A stretch of DNA of 64,000 nucleotides from Candidatus Aminicenantes bacterium (GTDB lineage: Bacteria > Acidobacteriota > Aminicenantia > Aminicenantales > Saccharicenantaceae). Both the position numbers and the translations under genes were made by a program. This document shows, piece after piece, positions 1-13,828 of this stretch (position 1 is its first letter; every line of letters starts with the position of its first letter). The notes beneath the pieces are model-generated. The model worked only from the letters and a program-made list of their open reading frames with translations. It ran no database searches and was not told the origin of the DNA. Location of the stretch: assembly GCA_041320535.1 (NCBI GenBank), contig JBGLNH010000001.1, positions 7,670 through 71,669 of the forward strand. Reading direction: 5' to 3'.

Positions 1-649
1 CGGCGATCTTCTCCCGGCCCCGGACCCGGACCGCCTTGAGCTTCTTGCTGCCCCAGACGGCCCCCGGACCCGAGCGGCCGTAGACCCGGTTGCGGTCGTT
101 GACGACGGCGGCGAATCGGACCAGGCTCTCCCCCGCCGGGCCGATGCACAGGACCCGGGCGGGAGCGCCGGGCTCGGACGCGGCGGCCAGGAGGTCGGTC
201 GTCTCGTGGGTCGTCCTGCCCCAGAGATGGTCGGCCGGCAGGATCTCGGCCCGGCCCGGGGCGACGTCGAGCATGACCGGCGCGGCCGAGGCGCCCTTGA
301 CGACGAGGGCGTCGTAGCCGGCCGACTTGAAGGCCGCGCCCCACGTCCCGCCGGAATTGGACGAGCCCAGGACGCCGGTGAGCGGTGACTTGAAGGCCAT
401 GTGGCCCCGGCCGGCCGTCGGCGCGCTGGTCCCGATGAGCGGCGAGGCGGCGATGACGAAGGCGTTGTCGGGACCGAGCGGCTCGCAGGCGGGGTCGATC
501 GCGTCGTAGAGGAGGCGCGTCGCCATGCCCCGGCCGCCGAGGTAGTCGAGGGCCAGCTCGGGCGACAGCGCCTCGACGCGGACCTCGCCGCGGCTCAGGT
601 CGGCGACGAGGACGCGGCCGTGGTAGCCGGGGATCGGGAAGTCGGGCAT
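1..649 (-). CDS. aldehyde:ferredoxin oxidoreductase (AOR family), N-terminal part; gene runs off the left window edge
   Basis: Own reverse-strand translation from ATG (complement of 647-649): MPDFPIPGYHGRVLVADLSRGEVRVEALSPELALDYLGGRGMATRLLYDAIDP...GRGHMAFKSPLTGVLGSSNSGGTWG... This is a typical AOR N-terminal domain. Absent from the ORF track because the window edge truncates it. Confidence 0.8.
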   Translation of the reverse strand, partial: MPDFPIPGYHGRVLVADLSRGEVRVEALSPELALDYLGGRGMATRLLYDAIDPACEPLGPDNAFVIAASPLIGTSAPTAGRGHMAFKSPLTGVLGSSNSGGTWGAAFKSAGYDALVVKGASAAPVMLDVAPGRAEILPADHLWGRTTHETTDLLAAASEPGAPARVLCIGPAGESLVRFAAVVNDRNRVYGRSGPGAVWGSKKLKAVRVRGREKIA

Positions 650-801
650 GATCGGCCCTTACGATAGCAGAACGAAGGCCCGGTCGCAACACGCCCCCCC
701 TGAGCGCCTGCGGCTCCGGCCGCGGAAGGGCTTCGGGGAGCCGCCCCTGATCGATCGCGCCATACGGGGCGAACGCGGCTGGCGAGGACGGTCCCCGGGG
801 T

Positions 802-1077
802 TCAGCCTCCGCCCATGAGGGGGAAGACGGCGATCGTGTCGCCGGGCGCGAGCGGCGTCGCCAGGCCCGCGAGCGAGCCGATCGGCGTGCCGTTGACCAT
901 GACGACGATGCGCGGCTTGAGGTTGCCGCCGGCGAAGACCTCGCGGCGCCGCTCGGGCGTGTCGCAGAGCAGGTCCAGCGCGTCGGCGACGGTGCCGCCG
1001 TCGGGGAGAGCGAGGGCGCGCTCGCGGCCGCCGAAGAGGTCGCGGAAGTAGGCGAAGAACTTAGCGCTGACCGTCAT
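802..1077 (-). CDS. MoaD/ThiS-family sulfur-carrier protein
   Basis: 91-aa ORF of beta-grasp size ending ...AVFPLMGGG (C-terminal Gly-Gly). Lies directly downstream of the AOR gene. Confidence 0.7.
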   Translation of the reverse strand: MTVSAKFFAYFRDLFGGRERALALPDGGTVADALDLLCDTPERRREVFAGGNLKPRIVVMVNGTPIGSLAGLATPLAPGDTIAVFPLMGGG

Positions 1078-1618
1078 GGGGCTCCGTCCCGGAGAGGACG
1101 CGCTCGTCGAGGAGGCGCCGGTCCCCGGGATCGCGGACGTCGAAGACGACGGGGACGAGGGGCGCGACGGCGGCCGCGAATCCGCCCACGATCTCCTCGC
1201 GGACGACGAGGAGCGACGTTCCCTCCGGCCGCCGGACCGCCTCGCGGAGGTCCGGCCAGAGGCCCCCGCCCCGGAGCTCGAGCGGCCCGACCTCGTCGAC
1301 GATCAGGAGCCCGGCGCCGCCGGCCCGGCGGAGGATGGCCCGGGCCCGCTCGAGGGCGGCCGGGACGAAGACGAAGGGACCGGTCCGCTCGTCCCCCGGC
1401 CCGCCCCGCCGGCGCAGGTAGGGCCGCCGGGCGCCGCCCGGGAGCTCGAGGAGGTCGTAGCCGGTCTCGCCGTCCGCGTCGGTCACGGCCGGGCTGAGGA
1501 AACCGGCGCAGGCCAGTCCGCGGGCCGACCAGCGGGGCCAGGCCCCTTCGAGGAAGGTCGTCTTGCCGGCGTGGACCGGCCCGCTGAGGACGAGGACCAT
1601 CGGCCTACCCTGGGCCAT
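1061..1618 (-). CDS. P-loop NTPase (THEP1/DUF2478-like)
   Basis: Walker A LSGPVHAGKTT near the N-terminus and Walker-B-like LLIVDEVGPLE. Overlaps the MoaD-like gene by 17 nt, suggesting an operon. Confidence 0.6.
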   Translation of the reverse strand: MAQGRPMVLVLSGPVHAGKTTFLEGAWPRWSARGLACAGFLSPAVTDADGETGYDLLELPGGARRPYLRRRGGPGDERTGPFVFVPAALERARAILRRAGGAGLLIVDEVGPLELRGGGLWPDLREAVRRPEGTSLLVVREEIVGGFAAAVAPLVPVVFDVRDPGDRRLLDERVLSGTEPHDGQR

Positions 1619-1658
1619 TCACGATCCGATACGGCCGCGTTCCCATGAAAAGCCGGGG

Positions 1659-2897
1659 TCAGCGGATGTTGACGCTGGCCTCGCCCGTCTGCAGGACGAC
1701 GGACCGGCCCATGGGGCTCCCGGCCGAGGCGCTGGTGAAGCCCAGGGAGGTCTGGCCCGGCTCCAAGGACTGGAAGACGAGGACGGCCAGGACGCCGCGG
1801 CCTTTGAACCCGGCGCCGCTCGGCGGGCTGGAAAAGCCGATGGTGCACGTCCCGCCGCTGATGTTCTTGAGGAACGGGACCCGCTCGCCGAGCTGACGCA
1901 GGGCGCCCCCCTCGAGGACGTCCTTGAGCTTGAGGACGCGCGGGTCGAAGGTCAGCACGAGCGAGACGTTGCCGATCGCCTCCTCGCTGGCCAGCTCGAC
2001 GTTCATCCGGAACTCCCGGTCGCGGGGGGCCTCGAAGCTCGCCGGCGAGAGGTAGACCGCGCTCCCGCCGGCGTCCTCCGGCCGGTTCGGCTCCTCGTCG
2101 GGAAGGCCCATCTCCTCGCGGCCGGCCGCGACGGAGGCGGCCGCGCCGGCGCCGGTGACGCCGGACAGGTTGTCGGGATCGACCCAGAGGGCCTTGGTGT
2201 CCTCCTCGGTGATCTGGAGGTGCCGGATGATGCGCGGCGTGATGGTCATGACGACGTCGGACTGCTCGACCGTCTTCTGGGTCGCGCCGAACAGGCTGCC
2301 GAGCAGGGGGATGTCCTTGAGCCCGGTGATGCCGCCCACGGAACGCCGCTCCTCGTCGCGCAGCAGCCCGGCCAGGAGGTTCGTCTCGCCGTCCTTGAGC
2401 CGGACCGTGTTCTTGACCTCGCGGTTGGCGATGATCGGGATCCCGGCGATGCCCTCGCCGGCGATGGCCGAGACGGTGATCTCGATCTCCAGGGTCACCT
2501 CGCGCTCCAGGTGGATCTTCGGCGTCATCTTGATGGTGATGCCGATGTCCTGGAGGTTGTAATTGACGATGGGCTGGGTGTTGACGCCGCCGGCGGCGAT
2601 GGCCTGGAACGACGTGTTGACGATGGGCACTTTCTGGCCGACGATGTACTCGAGCTTCTCCCCCGCCAGGCCGCGGATCTTGGGCTGGGCGATGATCTTG
2701 GTGTCCGAGTCGGCCCCGAGGAACTGGGCCACGGCCGCCGGGACGGTCATCTGGTAGTTGCCCAGGTCTCCGAAGTTGGTCCCCTGGATCGGGAAGAAGC
2801 CGTCGGCGTCCAGGGTGCCCGGGTTGAACTGGACGCCGAGGATGCCCGAGCTGAGGTCGACGCCCAGCTTCTTCATCCGCGTCCGGTTGACCTCCAT
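1659..2897 (-). CDS. pilQ: secretin (PilQ/GspD family), C-terminal fragment: secretin core plus C-terminal cohesin-like domain
   Basis: Conserved ...VDIEIMEVNRTRMKKLGVDLS... and GITGLKDIPLLGSLFG secretin motifs. The tail FRMNVELASEEAIGNVSLVLTFDPRVLKLKDVLEGGAL... is cohesin-like. The listed ATG lies inside the conserved IEIMEV motif, so it is not a natural start (see frameshift finding). Confidence 0.8.
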   Translation of the reverse strand: MEVNRTRMKKLGVDLSSGILGVQFNPGTLDADGFFPIQGTNFGDLGNYQMTVPAAVAQFLGADSDTKIIAQPKIRGLAGEKLEYIVGQKVPIVNTSFQAIAAGGVNTQPIVNYNLQDIGITIKMTPKIHLEREVTLEIEITVSAIAGEGIAGIPIIANREVKNTVRLKDGETNLLAGLLRDEERRSVGGITGLKDIPLLGSLFGATQKTVEQSDVVMTITPRIIRHLQITEEDTKALWVDPDNLSGVTGAGAAASVAAGREEMGLPDEEPNRPEDAGGSAVYLSPASFEAPRDREFRMNVELASEEAIGNVSLVLTFDPRVLKLKDVLEGGALRQLGERVPFLKNISGGTCTIGFSSPPSGAGFKGRGVLAVLVFQSLEPGQTSLGFTSASAGSPMGRSVVLQTGEASVNIR

Positions 2898-3751
2898 GAT
2901 CTCGATGTCGACCAGGACCTCGCCCTTGGGCTTGCCACGGCCTGCGGAGTGTCCCGGATGGTGACCGAGTTGAGGTTCTTGTCGACCTGGATCTGGGGGA
3001 CCTTGTACTGGGTCTTGACCATCGTCGTCAGGCGCATCTGGACGTCGCTCGCTTCGATGTTGGAGAGGTAGAAGGTCTTGATGGCGTTGAGCTCGTACTG
3101 CACCCGCTTCTGGATGTTGTCCGGGACGATGTAGACGGTCCGCTCGTCGATGACGCGGGAGAAGTTCTTGCTGGCGACGCAGAGGAAGTTGACGGCCTGC
3201 TGGAGGTCCTTCCCGGTCAGGTCGATGGCCAGATTGGTGTCGCGGAAGGTGTCGTCGTAGAGGAAGTTGATCCCCGCGACCCGGCCCAGGGTCTGGAAGA
3301 TCGACCGCAGGGAGACCTCGTTGCGGAAGCTCAGGTTGAGCGGTTCGCCCGAGCCTTTGAGCTGGACCGGCCCTTCGAGCCGGTCGGCGGGCTTCTTCGG
3401 CTTCTCGGGGGGCGCGGTCAGGGCCCGGAGCTCCTCGATCGCGACGATGTTCTGGGGATCGAAGAAGACGGCTTTCTTGTAGCTGACCTCGGCTTCCATC
3501 CTCTTGTTCTGGGCGGCCAGGGTCCGGGCCGCCTGGAGGAAGTGGAGGCTGGCCGAGGCCCGGGCCCGGGCCAGGGCCAGGCGGTAGACCGGCTCCTTGG
3601 GATTGCTCAGGGCCGCCTTCTGGTAGAGCTGGACGGCCTCTTCGTAATTCTGGCCGAGCTCGGCCCTGGCGCCTTGCTTGTAATCGAGGCTGAACGTCTG
3701 ACAGCCCCAGGCCGCCAGGGCCAGGGCCAGGATCAGGGCGGTTCTCTTCAT
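2873..3751 (-). CDS. pilQ: secretin N-terminal fragment: lipoprotein signal, TPR-like region and secretin-N domains
   Basis: MKRTALILALALAAWGCQ lipobox, then TPR-like helices (YEEAVQLYQKAALSNP...). Secretin_N-like ...LNSVTIRDTPQ follows, after which the frame degenerates (AVASPRARSWSTSRSW...). Confidence 0.75.
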   Translation of the reverse strand: MKRTALILALALAAWGCQTFSLDYKQGARAELGQNYEEAVQLYQKAALSNPKEPVYRLALARARASASLHFLQAARTLAAQNKRMEAEVSYKKAVFFDPQNIVAIEELRALTAPPEKPKKPADRLEGPVQLKGSGEPLNLSFRNEVSLRSIFQTLGRVAGINFLYDDTFRDTNLAIDLTGKDLQQAVNFLCVASKNFSRVIDERTVYIVPDNIQKRVQYELNAIKTFYLSNIEASDVQMRLTTMVKTQYKVPQIQVDKNLNSVTIRDTPQAVASPRARSWSTSRSWRSTGRG

Positions 3752-4209
3752 GGCCGGTCTCCTTGCTTCGTGAACGTTCGTCTCTCGCCCCTTGGCCCTT
3801 CGACGACGATGGCCTCCGATGTGACGCTGACGACCTTGTACCCCGGGGCGATCTCGTCGCCCTCGGCCACGTCCAGGGTCCGCCCGCCTCGGAGGACGAG
3901 GCCTATCGTCCTTCCCCCGGCCCGGACGGAGCCGAGGTAGCTGATGCTCAGGGTGAAGGACGGGGAGGCCTCCGGCGTCGCGGCCGCGGGCCCGGACGGA
4001 GCGGGTCCGGACGGCCGCCGGACCGCCGAGGCGGACGGCGCGGCCTTCGGCCGGAAGATGTCCCGGATGGGCGGCCGCGGCTCGCCGCGGTCGAGAACGA
4101 GGAGGTCCTTGCGGACGAGCGGCTTCGGGGCGTCGGCGCTCTGGGCCGCGAGAAAGCCCAGGACCCCGCCGAGAACGACGGCCGCCGCCGCTGTCCTATT
4201 GAAGGCCAT
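3748..4209 (-). CDS. PilP-like pilus assembly protein
   Basis: 153 aa with an N-terminal TM/signal, a Pro/Ala-rich linker and a C-terminal beta domain (ISYLGSVRAGGRTIGLVLRGGRTLDVAEGDEIAPGYKVVSV). Sits between the pilO-like and secretin genes and overlaps the secretin start by 4 nt. Confidence 0.5.
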   Translation of the reverse strand: MAFNRTAAAAVVLGGVLGFLAAQSADAPKPLVRKDLLVLDRGEPRPPIRDIFRPKAAPSASAVRRPSGPAPSGPAAATPEASPSFTLSISYLGSVRAGGRTIGLVLRGGRTLDVAEGDEIAPGYKVVSVTSEAIVVEGPRGERRTFTKQGDRP

Positions 4210-4759
4210 AGTACCCCGCCAAAGTCAGCTTGGCGCTCAGGCGCTCGCCGCCCGAGCCCGTCCTCGGGAATTCGACCTTTTCGATGACCAGGAACTTGGG
4301 GAAGGACTCGAGGACGGCCAGGAGCCTCTTCAGGCCCGCGTAGGTGCCGTTGTAGGTGAAGGTGACCAGGGTCCTGCGGACCTGTTCCTTCTGGAGGTCG
4401 GAGTAGCCGTAATCGAGGTCGCCGATGGCCGTCCCGGCCGAGGAGAAGATCCTCTGGAGGTCCTGGCGCAGGGCCTGGACCCCGGCCTGCTCGTCGTAGA
4501 AGTATCCCGTCCGCAGCTCGGCCAGGTCGCGGCCCGCGTCCTCCCACCTCTTCCATTCGACCCGGGCCTCGTCGCGGGCCTTGACCGCCCTCTGCGCGGC
4601 TTCCCGGAGGCGGACCGAGGCCGCGCGCTCATGGGCCAGACCGCCCCGGACGCGGACGAAGACGACGAGGAAGACGGCCAGGGCCAGGACCGACGCCAGC
4701 CCGATCCGGGCGAGCGTCCGCCGCTCCGCGTCGTCGAACAGGTCAAAGAGCGCGTTCAT
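4196..4759 (-). CDS. pilO: PilO/GspM-like pilus assembly protein
   Basis: 187 aa with a single TM (IGLASVLALAVFLVVFV), a coiled coil and a C-terminal ferredoxin-like domain. Operon position follows the PilN-like gene. Confidence 0.55.
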   Translation of the reverse strand: MNALFDLFDDAERRTLARIGLASVLALAVFLVVFVRVRGGLAHERAASVRLREAAQRAVKARDEARVEWKRWEDAGRDLAELRTGYFYDEQAGVQALRQDLQRIFSSAGTAIGDLDYGYSDLQKEQVRRTLVTFTYNGTYAGLKRLLAVLESFPKFLVIEKVEFPRTGSGGERLSAKLTLAGYYGLQ

Positions 4760-5309
4760 ATCTCATGTCCATTTCCGCGATGAGCCGGCCGTCGACGTCC
4801 CGGGTCTCCCCCCCGACCTGGATGTTCTTGAACCCCCGGGCCGTGAGGTTGGTGATGAAGGCGGCCAGGTCCTCCAGGCTGCGCGAGGTCACCCGGACGT
4901 GCATGGCCACCGAGCCGTCCGGCGAGAAGGACGGGCTCAGGGCGGTGATGTAGCTCGGCCCGGGCAGGGCTCTCTCGATCTCGGTGAAGAGGTCCGTCCA
5001 GAGGAAGGCCTTCCGCAGGATGATGCCGTTGACGAGGTCCACGCGGGTCCGGCCGGCGTCGGAAGCCCGCTTGATGTCCGCCTCGAGGCGTTTCTGTTCC
5101 CGGTCCGCTTCGGCCTGCGTCGCCCGCGCCTCGGCGCTCGCGGCCCTCAGCCGGGAGGCCTGGCCGCCGAACTTCAGCATGACGAAGGCGCTCAGGCCGG
5201 CGAGGAGGACGATGAGCAGGACGAGGGCCCGGGCGACGGCTTTGAAGAGCCGTCGGTTGCGGAGCGGCCGCGTGGCCAGGTTGAGGTCGAGGAGAGGCGG
5301 ATTCATCAT
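4743..5309 (-). CDS. pilN: PilN-like fimbrial assembly protein
   Basis: Track ORF is 4743..5360. Start moved to MMNPPLLDLNLA (ATG complement 5307-5309), which overlaps the pilM stop in a 4-nt ATGA-type overlap. Single TM followed by a coiled coil. Confidence 0.6.
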   Translation of the reverse strand: MMNPPLLDLNLATRPLRNRRLFKAVARALVLLIVLLAGLSAFVMLKFGGQASRLRAASAEARATQAEADREQKRLEADIKRASDAGRTRVDLVNGIILRKAFLWTDLFTEIERALPGPSYITALSPSFSPDGSVAMHVRVTSRSLEDLAAFITNLTARGFKNIQVGGETRDVDGRLIAEMDMRYERAL

Positions 5310-6235
5310 TGGACCTGTCCGATGAGGGGCGCGAGAACGGCCTTGTGGGCCGCCGTCCACACCCGCGGCGCCTCGTAATCGACGGCCCGGACCGGCAGGC
5401 CGGTCCTGTCCTCGATCCGGCGCGCGACTTCGGGGACCTCGCCCTCGGCCGCGGAGCGGACCCAGAGCCTCTCGGTCGCCGTGCCCTCCTTGTCCTCGAG
5501 GAAGCGGACGGTGTTCTCCGCCTCCCGGACGATGTTGTCGATCCTCTCTTCGGCGTCGCCGCCGGCGGCGGGGCCGATGTCCTTCTGGCGGTAGAGCGTC
5601 CAGCCGCCGTTCGCCAGGGCCAGGAGCGTCAGTGTCTCGTCCTCCAGATTGAGCAGGATGGCGTTGCCCGCGGCCTCGCCCCGGACGAGGTTGACGAGGG
5701 CCAGCGTGGGGGCGCTCACGACGACCGGCTTCAGCCCGGCCTTCTCGAACAGCGCCTCGTACTCCCAGATGACGACCTGGCGGGCCATGGCCGCGATGAC
5801 CTTGCGCGCCCCGCGGCCCGGCGTCGCGGAGTAGGCGATCCGCGCGTCCTCGGGGATGAGCGGCATCTGCCGGGAGATGCGCCAGCGCAGGAAGGCCTCG
5901 CGCTCCTTGCCGGACCTCGGGAACTCGTCGACGCTGAGGACGAAGACGCGGACGGAAGGCTCGGGGATGAGGAGGGCAACGGTCCCGGACGAGAGGCGGA
6001 GGTTCCTCTGGCCCTGGGCGATGGCCTCCTCGAGCGCCGCCGGGTCGGTCACGTTGGGCCGGTCGAACGACGGGGCGACGGGGCGCTCCCGGAAGGGCAG
6101 GACGAAGCCGCCCTTGACCGATCCGTCGGCCCGGGCGACGCGCAGGCCGCTCAGATGGCCCGGCGCGACCTGGAAGACGGCGTCGGGGAGCAGCCGCTCC
6201 GTGAAATGCGTCCGGAGTCTCGTCCCTAGGGCCAC
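5306..6235 (-). CDS. pilM: PilM-like type IV pilus assembly ATPase-fold (actin-like) protein
   Basis: 309 aa of PilM size, placed immediately after the assembly ATPase and before the PilN/O/P-like genes. Confidence 0.65.
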   Translation of the reverse strand: MALGTRLRTHFTERLLPDAVFQVAPGHLSGLRVARADGSVKGGFVLPFRERPVAPSFDRPNVTDPAALEEAIAQGQRNLRLSSGTVALLIPEPSVRVFVLSVDEFPRSGKEREAFLRWRISRQMPLIPEDARIAYSATPGRGARKVIAAMARQVVIWEYEALFEKAGLKPVVVSAPTLALVNLVRGEAAGNAILLNLEDETLTLLALANGGWTLYRQKDIGPAAGGDAEERIDNIVREAENTVRFLEDKEGTATERLWVRSAAEGEVPEVARRIEDRTGLPVRAVDYEAPRVWTAAHKAVLAPLIGQVQ

Positions 6236-6239
6236 GGCA

Positions 6240-7847
<1,608 letters not shown>

Positions 7848-7868
7848 GTCGCGCGCCTCGGGGACCGC

Positions 7869-9077
7869 TCATTGGGCGATCCGGATGATATTGAAGATCG
7901 GGATGTACACCGAAAGGAGCATCGCCGCCACGACCAGTCCCATGAAGATGATGACCACCGGCTCGACCAGCGTGACCAGAGTATCGATCTTACCACGAAC
8001 CCGGTCGTCGTAGAAGTCGGCCATGTCGGAGAGCATGCCCGGGAGGTTGGCCGAGTTCTCGCCGATGCGGACCATGTCCAGGGCCAGGGCCGGGAAGGCC
8101 TCCGCGCGGGACAGCGATTCCGACAGGCTCTCGCCGTTCTTGATGTGCCCGGGGACGTCCTTCATCCGCCGGACGATCCAGGCGTTGGGCACGGCCTGGA
8201 TGGCGATCTCGATCGCCCCGAGCAGCGAGATGCCGGCCTCGAGGAGCAGGCCCAGGGTCCGGCTGAACAGGCTGACCCCCGACTCGAGCCAGATCGTCCG
8301 GCCGAAGGGGACGCGGAGCTTGAGCCGGTCCAGGCGGTAGCGGAAGTCCGGCCGGCGCCTCACTCTCGCCACCACGACGGCCGCCCCGGCGAGCAGGGCC
8401 AACGGGACGTACCAGCGCCGGCTCAGCCCGACGGCCACCGCCATGACCAGCCGCGTGATCCCGGGCAGGTCGGCCTCGAAGGTCTTGTAGAACTCGGAGA
8501 ACCGGGGCAGCACGAAATTGATCAGGATGCCCATGAGCGCGAAGGAGAAGGCGATGAGGACGGTCGGGTAGGTCATGGCCGACTTGATCCGCGAGCGCGT
8601 CTGGACGATGATCTTGATGTACTGGATATAGCGTCCGACGGCGGCGGGCAGGTTGCCGCCCTTCTCGCCGGCCATGAGGCTGGCCGTGTAGACCGGCGTG
8701 AAGACCTTCTCGTAGGGCAGGAAGGCCTCGGACAGGGCCTTGCCGCGCTTGACGTCGCCGGAGACCTTGATCAGGACCTCGCGCAGGTGGACGTTCTTGA
8801 TCCTGGCCGTGAGGGCCTCGAGGCTCCTGAGGATGGGATAGCCGGACTTGATCAGGGCGACGAACTCCTGGTTGAAGAGGATGATGTCCCTGTCCTTGAT
8901 CCTGCGGCCCAATCCGAATCCCTGGCCGGTGAGCCTGTTCCAGTCGCGGCGGACCGACAGGACGAGCAGTCCTTCGGCCTCGAATCCCTTGCGGCACTCC
9001 TCGACCGAGGGGGCCAGGAGCGACCGGGTCTCGATCCGGCCGTCCTCGCCGGCCAGGCGGCACTGATAGTACGGCAT
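7869..9077 (-). CDS. pilC: type II/IV secretion platform protein (GspF/PilC family)
   Basis: 402 aa with the duplicated T2SSF domain pattern and 3 TM segments. First gene of the operon. Confidence 0.9.
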   Translation of the reverse strand: MPYYQCRLAGEDGRIETRSLLAPSVEECRKGFEAEGLLVLSVRRDWNRLTGQGFGLGRRIKDRDIILFNQEFVALIKSGYPILRSLEALTARIKNVHLREVLIKVSGDVKRGKALSEAFLPYEKVFTPVYTASLMAGEKGGNLPAAVGRYIQYIKIIVQTRSRIKSAMTYPTVLIAFSFALMGILINFVLPRFSEFYKTFEADLPGITRLVMAVAVGLSRRWYVPLALLAGAAVVVARVRRRPDFRYRLDRLKLRVPFGRTIWLESGVSLFSRTLGLLLEAGISLLGAIEIAIQAVPNAWIVRRMKDVPGHIKNGESLSESLSRAEAFPALALDMVRIGENSANLPGMLSDMADFYDDRVRGKIDTLVTLVEPVVIIFMGLVVAAMLLSVYIPIFNIIRIAQ

Positions 9078-9110
9078 CTTGTCAAATTTCCGCTTAATTT
9101 AGTCGCCCCT

Positions 9111-9139
9111 AATCTATTCCAGGGCACAATTATTGTCAA
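9111..9139 (-). promoter_or_regulatory. candidate sigma-70 promoter for the pilC operon
   Basis: Minus strand reads TTGACA (complement 9134-9139), a 17-nt spacer, then TAGATT (complement 9111-9116), about 30 nt upstream of the pilC ATG. Confidence 0.4.
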
Positions 9140-9279
9140 ACGGCCTGCGGACCCGTTCGGCGGGCCCTGCCTACAGGGGGCGGGCCCTCCGGCCGCCCGG
9201 GGCCCGGGGAGCGGACGGCGCCTCCGGCGATGACGGACCGTATTGACAAATCGGGGGATAAGGACTAACTATTAGTGCC

Positions 9280-9555
9280 GTGACCAGGACGAAAAGGGCC
9301 GTTGTCGGGGCTTCCATCGCCGTGCCGCTCGTCCTCCTGTTGGGTTCCCCCATCCTGAGGTCCGGACCGCAGGCGACCTCCCAGGACCCGCCCCCTCAGG
9401 AAGTCCAGAGGCCCAACTACGATTACATGGGCGGCATCCTGTCCCGGAGCACCCACCCGCTGGGCCTCAAGGAGGACCCCGCGGCGCGCAGGATGCTCGA
9501 GCAGGGGGCGGTGGCCTGGGCCATCCGGGCCGGATCCCGGCACGTTTTGAATTAG
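9280..9555 (+). CDS. hypothetical small secreted protein
   Basis: 91-aa ORF with a GTG start, a signal-like N-terminus (AVVGASIAVPLVLLLGSPIL) and high GC3. TTGACA at 9243-9248 lies upstream. No recognisable family. Confidence 0.35.
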   Translation: MTRTKRAVVGASIAVPLVLLLGSPILRSGPQATSQDPPPQEVQRPNYDYMGGILSRSTHPLGLKEDPAARRMLEQGAVAWAIRAGSRHVLN

Positions 9556-9590
9556 GAAATTTTTTTTATGCCCCGGATTCAATTTTTTGG

Positions 9591-12436
<2,846 letters not shown>

Positions 12437-12440
<4 letters not shown>

Positions 12441-13828
12441 GCACCAAGGGCATCATCCACATCATCGACGACGAGCCGGTCATCCACGACGTCCTGGCCC
12501 AGCTCCTGACGTCGGAGGGCTACGAGGTCGAGATCTCGGCCTCGGGCGAGGAGGCCCTGGAGAAGTTCCCCTCCCACTCCTTCGACGTCGTCCTCCTCGA
12601 CCTCCTCATGCCGGGGATGGACGGCATCGAGACCCTGCGCCGGATCAAGCGGATCGAGCCCCAGGCCGCCGTCATCATCATCACCGCCTACGGCTCGGTC
12701 GAGTCGGCCATCTCGGCCATGAAGATCGGCGCCCTGGACTACGTCCAGAAGCCGTTCAAGCACGACGACCTCCTCCTGGCCGTCGAGAAGGCCGCCGAGC
12801 GCAAGCGCCTGCAGGACGAGAACGTCCGCCTCAAGGACGAGCTCCGGCAGCGCTTCGGCTTCGCCAACATCATCGGGAAGAGCCCGGTCATGAAAAGCGT
12901 CTTCGACCTCGTCAAGGCCGCCGCCCCGACGCGGAGCACGATCCTCCTCCAGGGCGAGAGCGGCACCGGCAAGGAGCTCGTCGCCCGGGCCATCCACGCC
13001 AACTCGAACCGGGTCGAAGCTCCCTTCATCACCGTCAACAGCGGCTCCCTCCCGCCCGACCTGCTCGAGAGCCATCTCTTCGGCCACGTCAAGGGCGCTT
13101 TCACGGGCGCGGTGGCCCTCAAAAAGGGCCTCTTCGAGGCGGCCGACCGCGGCACGATCTTCTTCGACGAGGTCTCCTCCATCGGCCTCGAGACCCAGGC
13201 CAAGCTCCTCCGGGTCATGCAGGAGAAGGAGTTCATGCGCCTCGGCGGGACCCAGACGATCAAGGTCGACGTCCGCATCCTGGCGGCGACGAACACGGAG
13301 ATCGAGGAGCTCATCGCCGGGAAGCTCTTCCGCAAGGACCTTTACTACAGGCTCAACGTCATCAAGATCGACATCCCTCCCCTGCGCGACAGGAAGGAGG
13401 ACATCCCCCTGCTCGTCAAGCACTTCGTCGAGGTCTACGCCCGCGAGAACCGCAAGGAGATCGAGGGGGTGTCGGAGGACGTCCTCGAGATCCTCGACGG
13501 CCACGCCTGGCCGGGCAACGTCCGCGAGCTCGAGAACCTCGTCGAGCGGGCCGTCGTCCTGGCCCGGGACAAGGTCATCACCCGGTCCTATCTGCCGCCC
13601 TTCCTGCTCCGCGGCGGGCGGTCCGACGAGGGCGCGGAGGTCTCCGACGAGGGCTCCCTCGATCTCCGGGACCGCACCCAGGCCTTCCAGAAGAAGCTCA
13701 TTCTGGCCGCGCTCAAGAAGACCAAGGGGGTCCAGAACAAGGCCGCCAAGCTCCTGGGGGTGAAGCCGACGACGCTCAACGAGATGATCAAGCGGCTGGG
13801 GATCGACGCGGACAGCGTCCCGTCCTAG
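12437..13828 (+). CDS. sigma-54-dependent response regulator (NtrC/PilR family)
   Basis: Receiver domain (DLLMPGMDG), AAA+ GESGTGKE, the GAFTGA sigma-54 contact loop and a C-terminal HTH. 4-nt overlap with the kinase gene. Confidence 0.9.

Noticed and set aside
650-801. 150-nt spacer between the AOR start and the MoaD-like stop, checked for a riboswitch (for example Moco) or a promoter.
   Set aside because: I could not recognise any conserved motif or convincing structure by eye. It is left unannotated.
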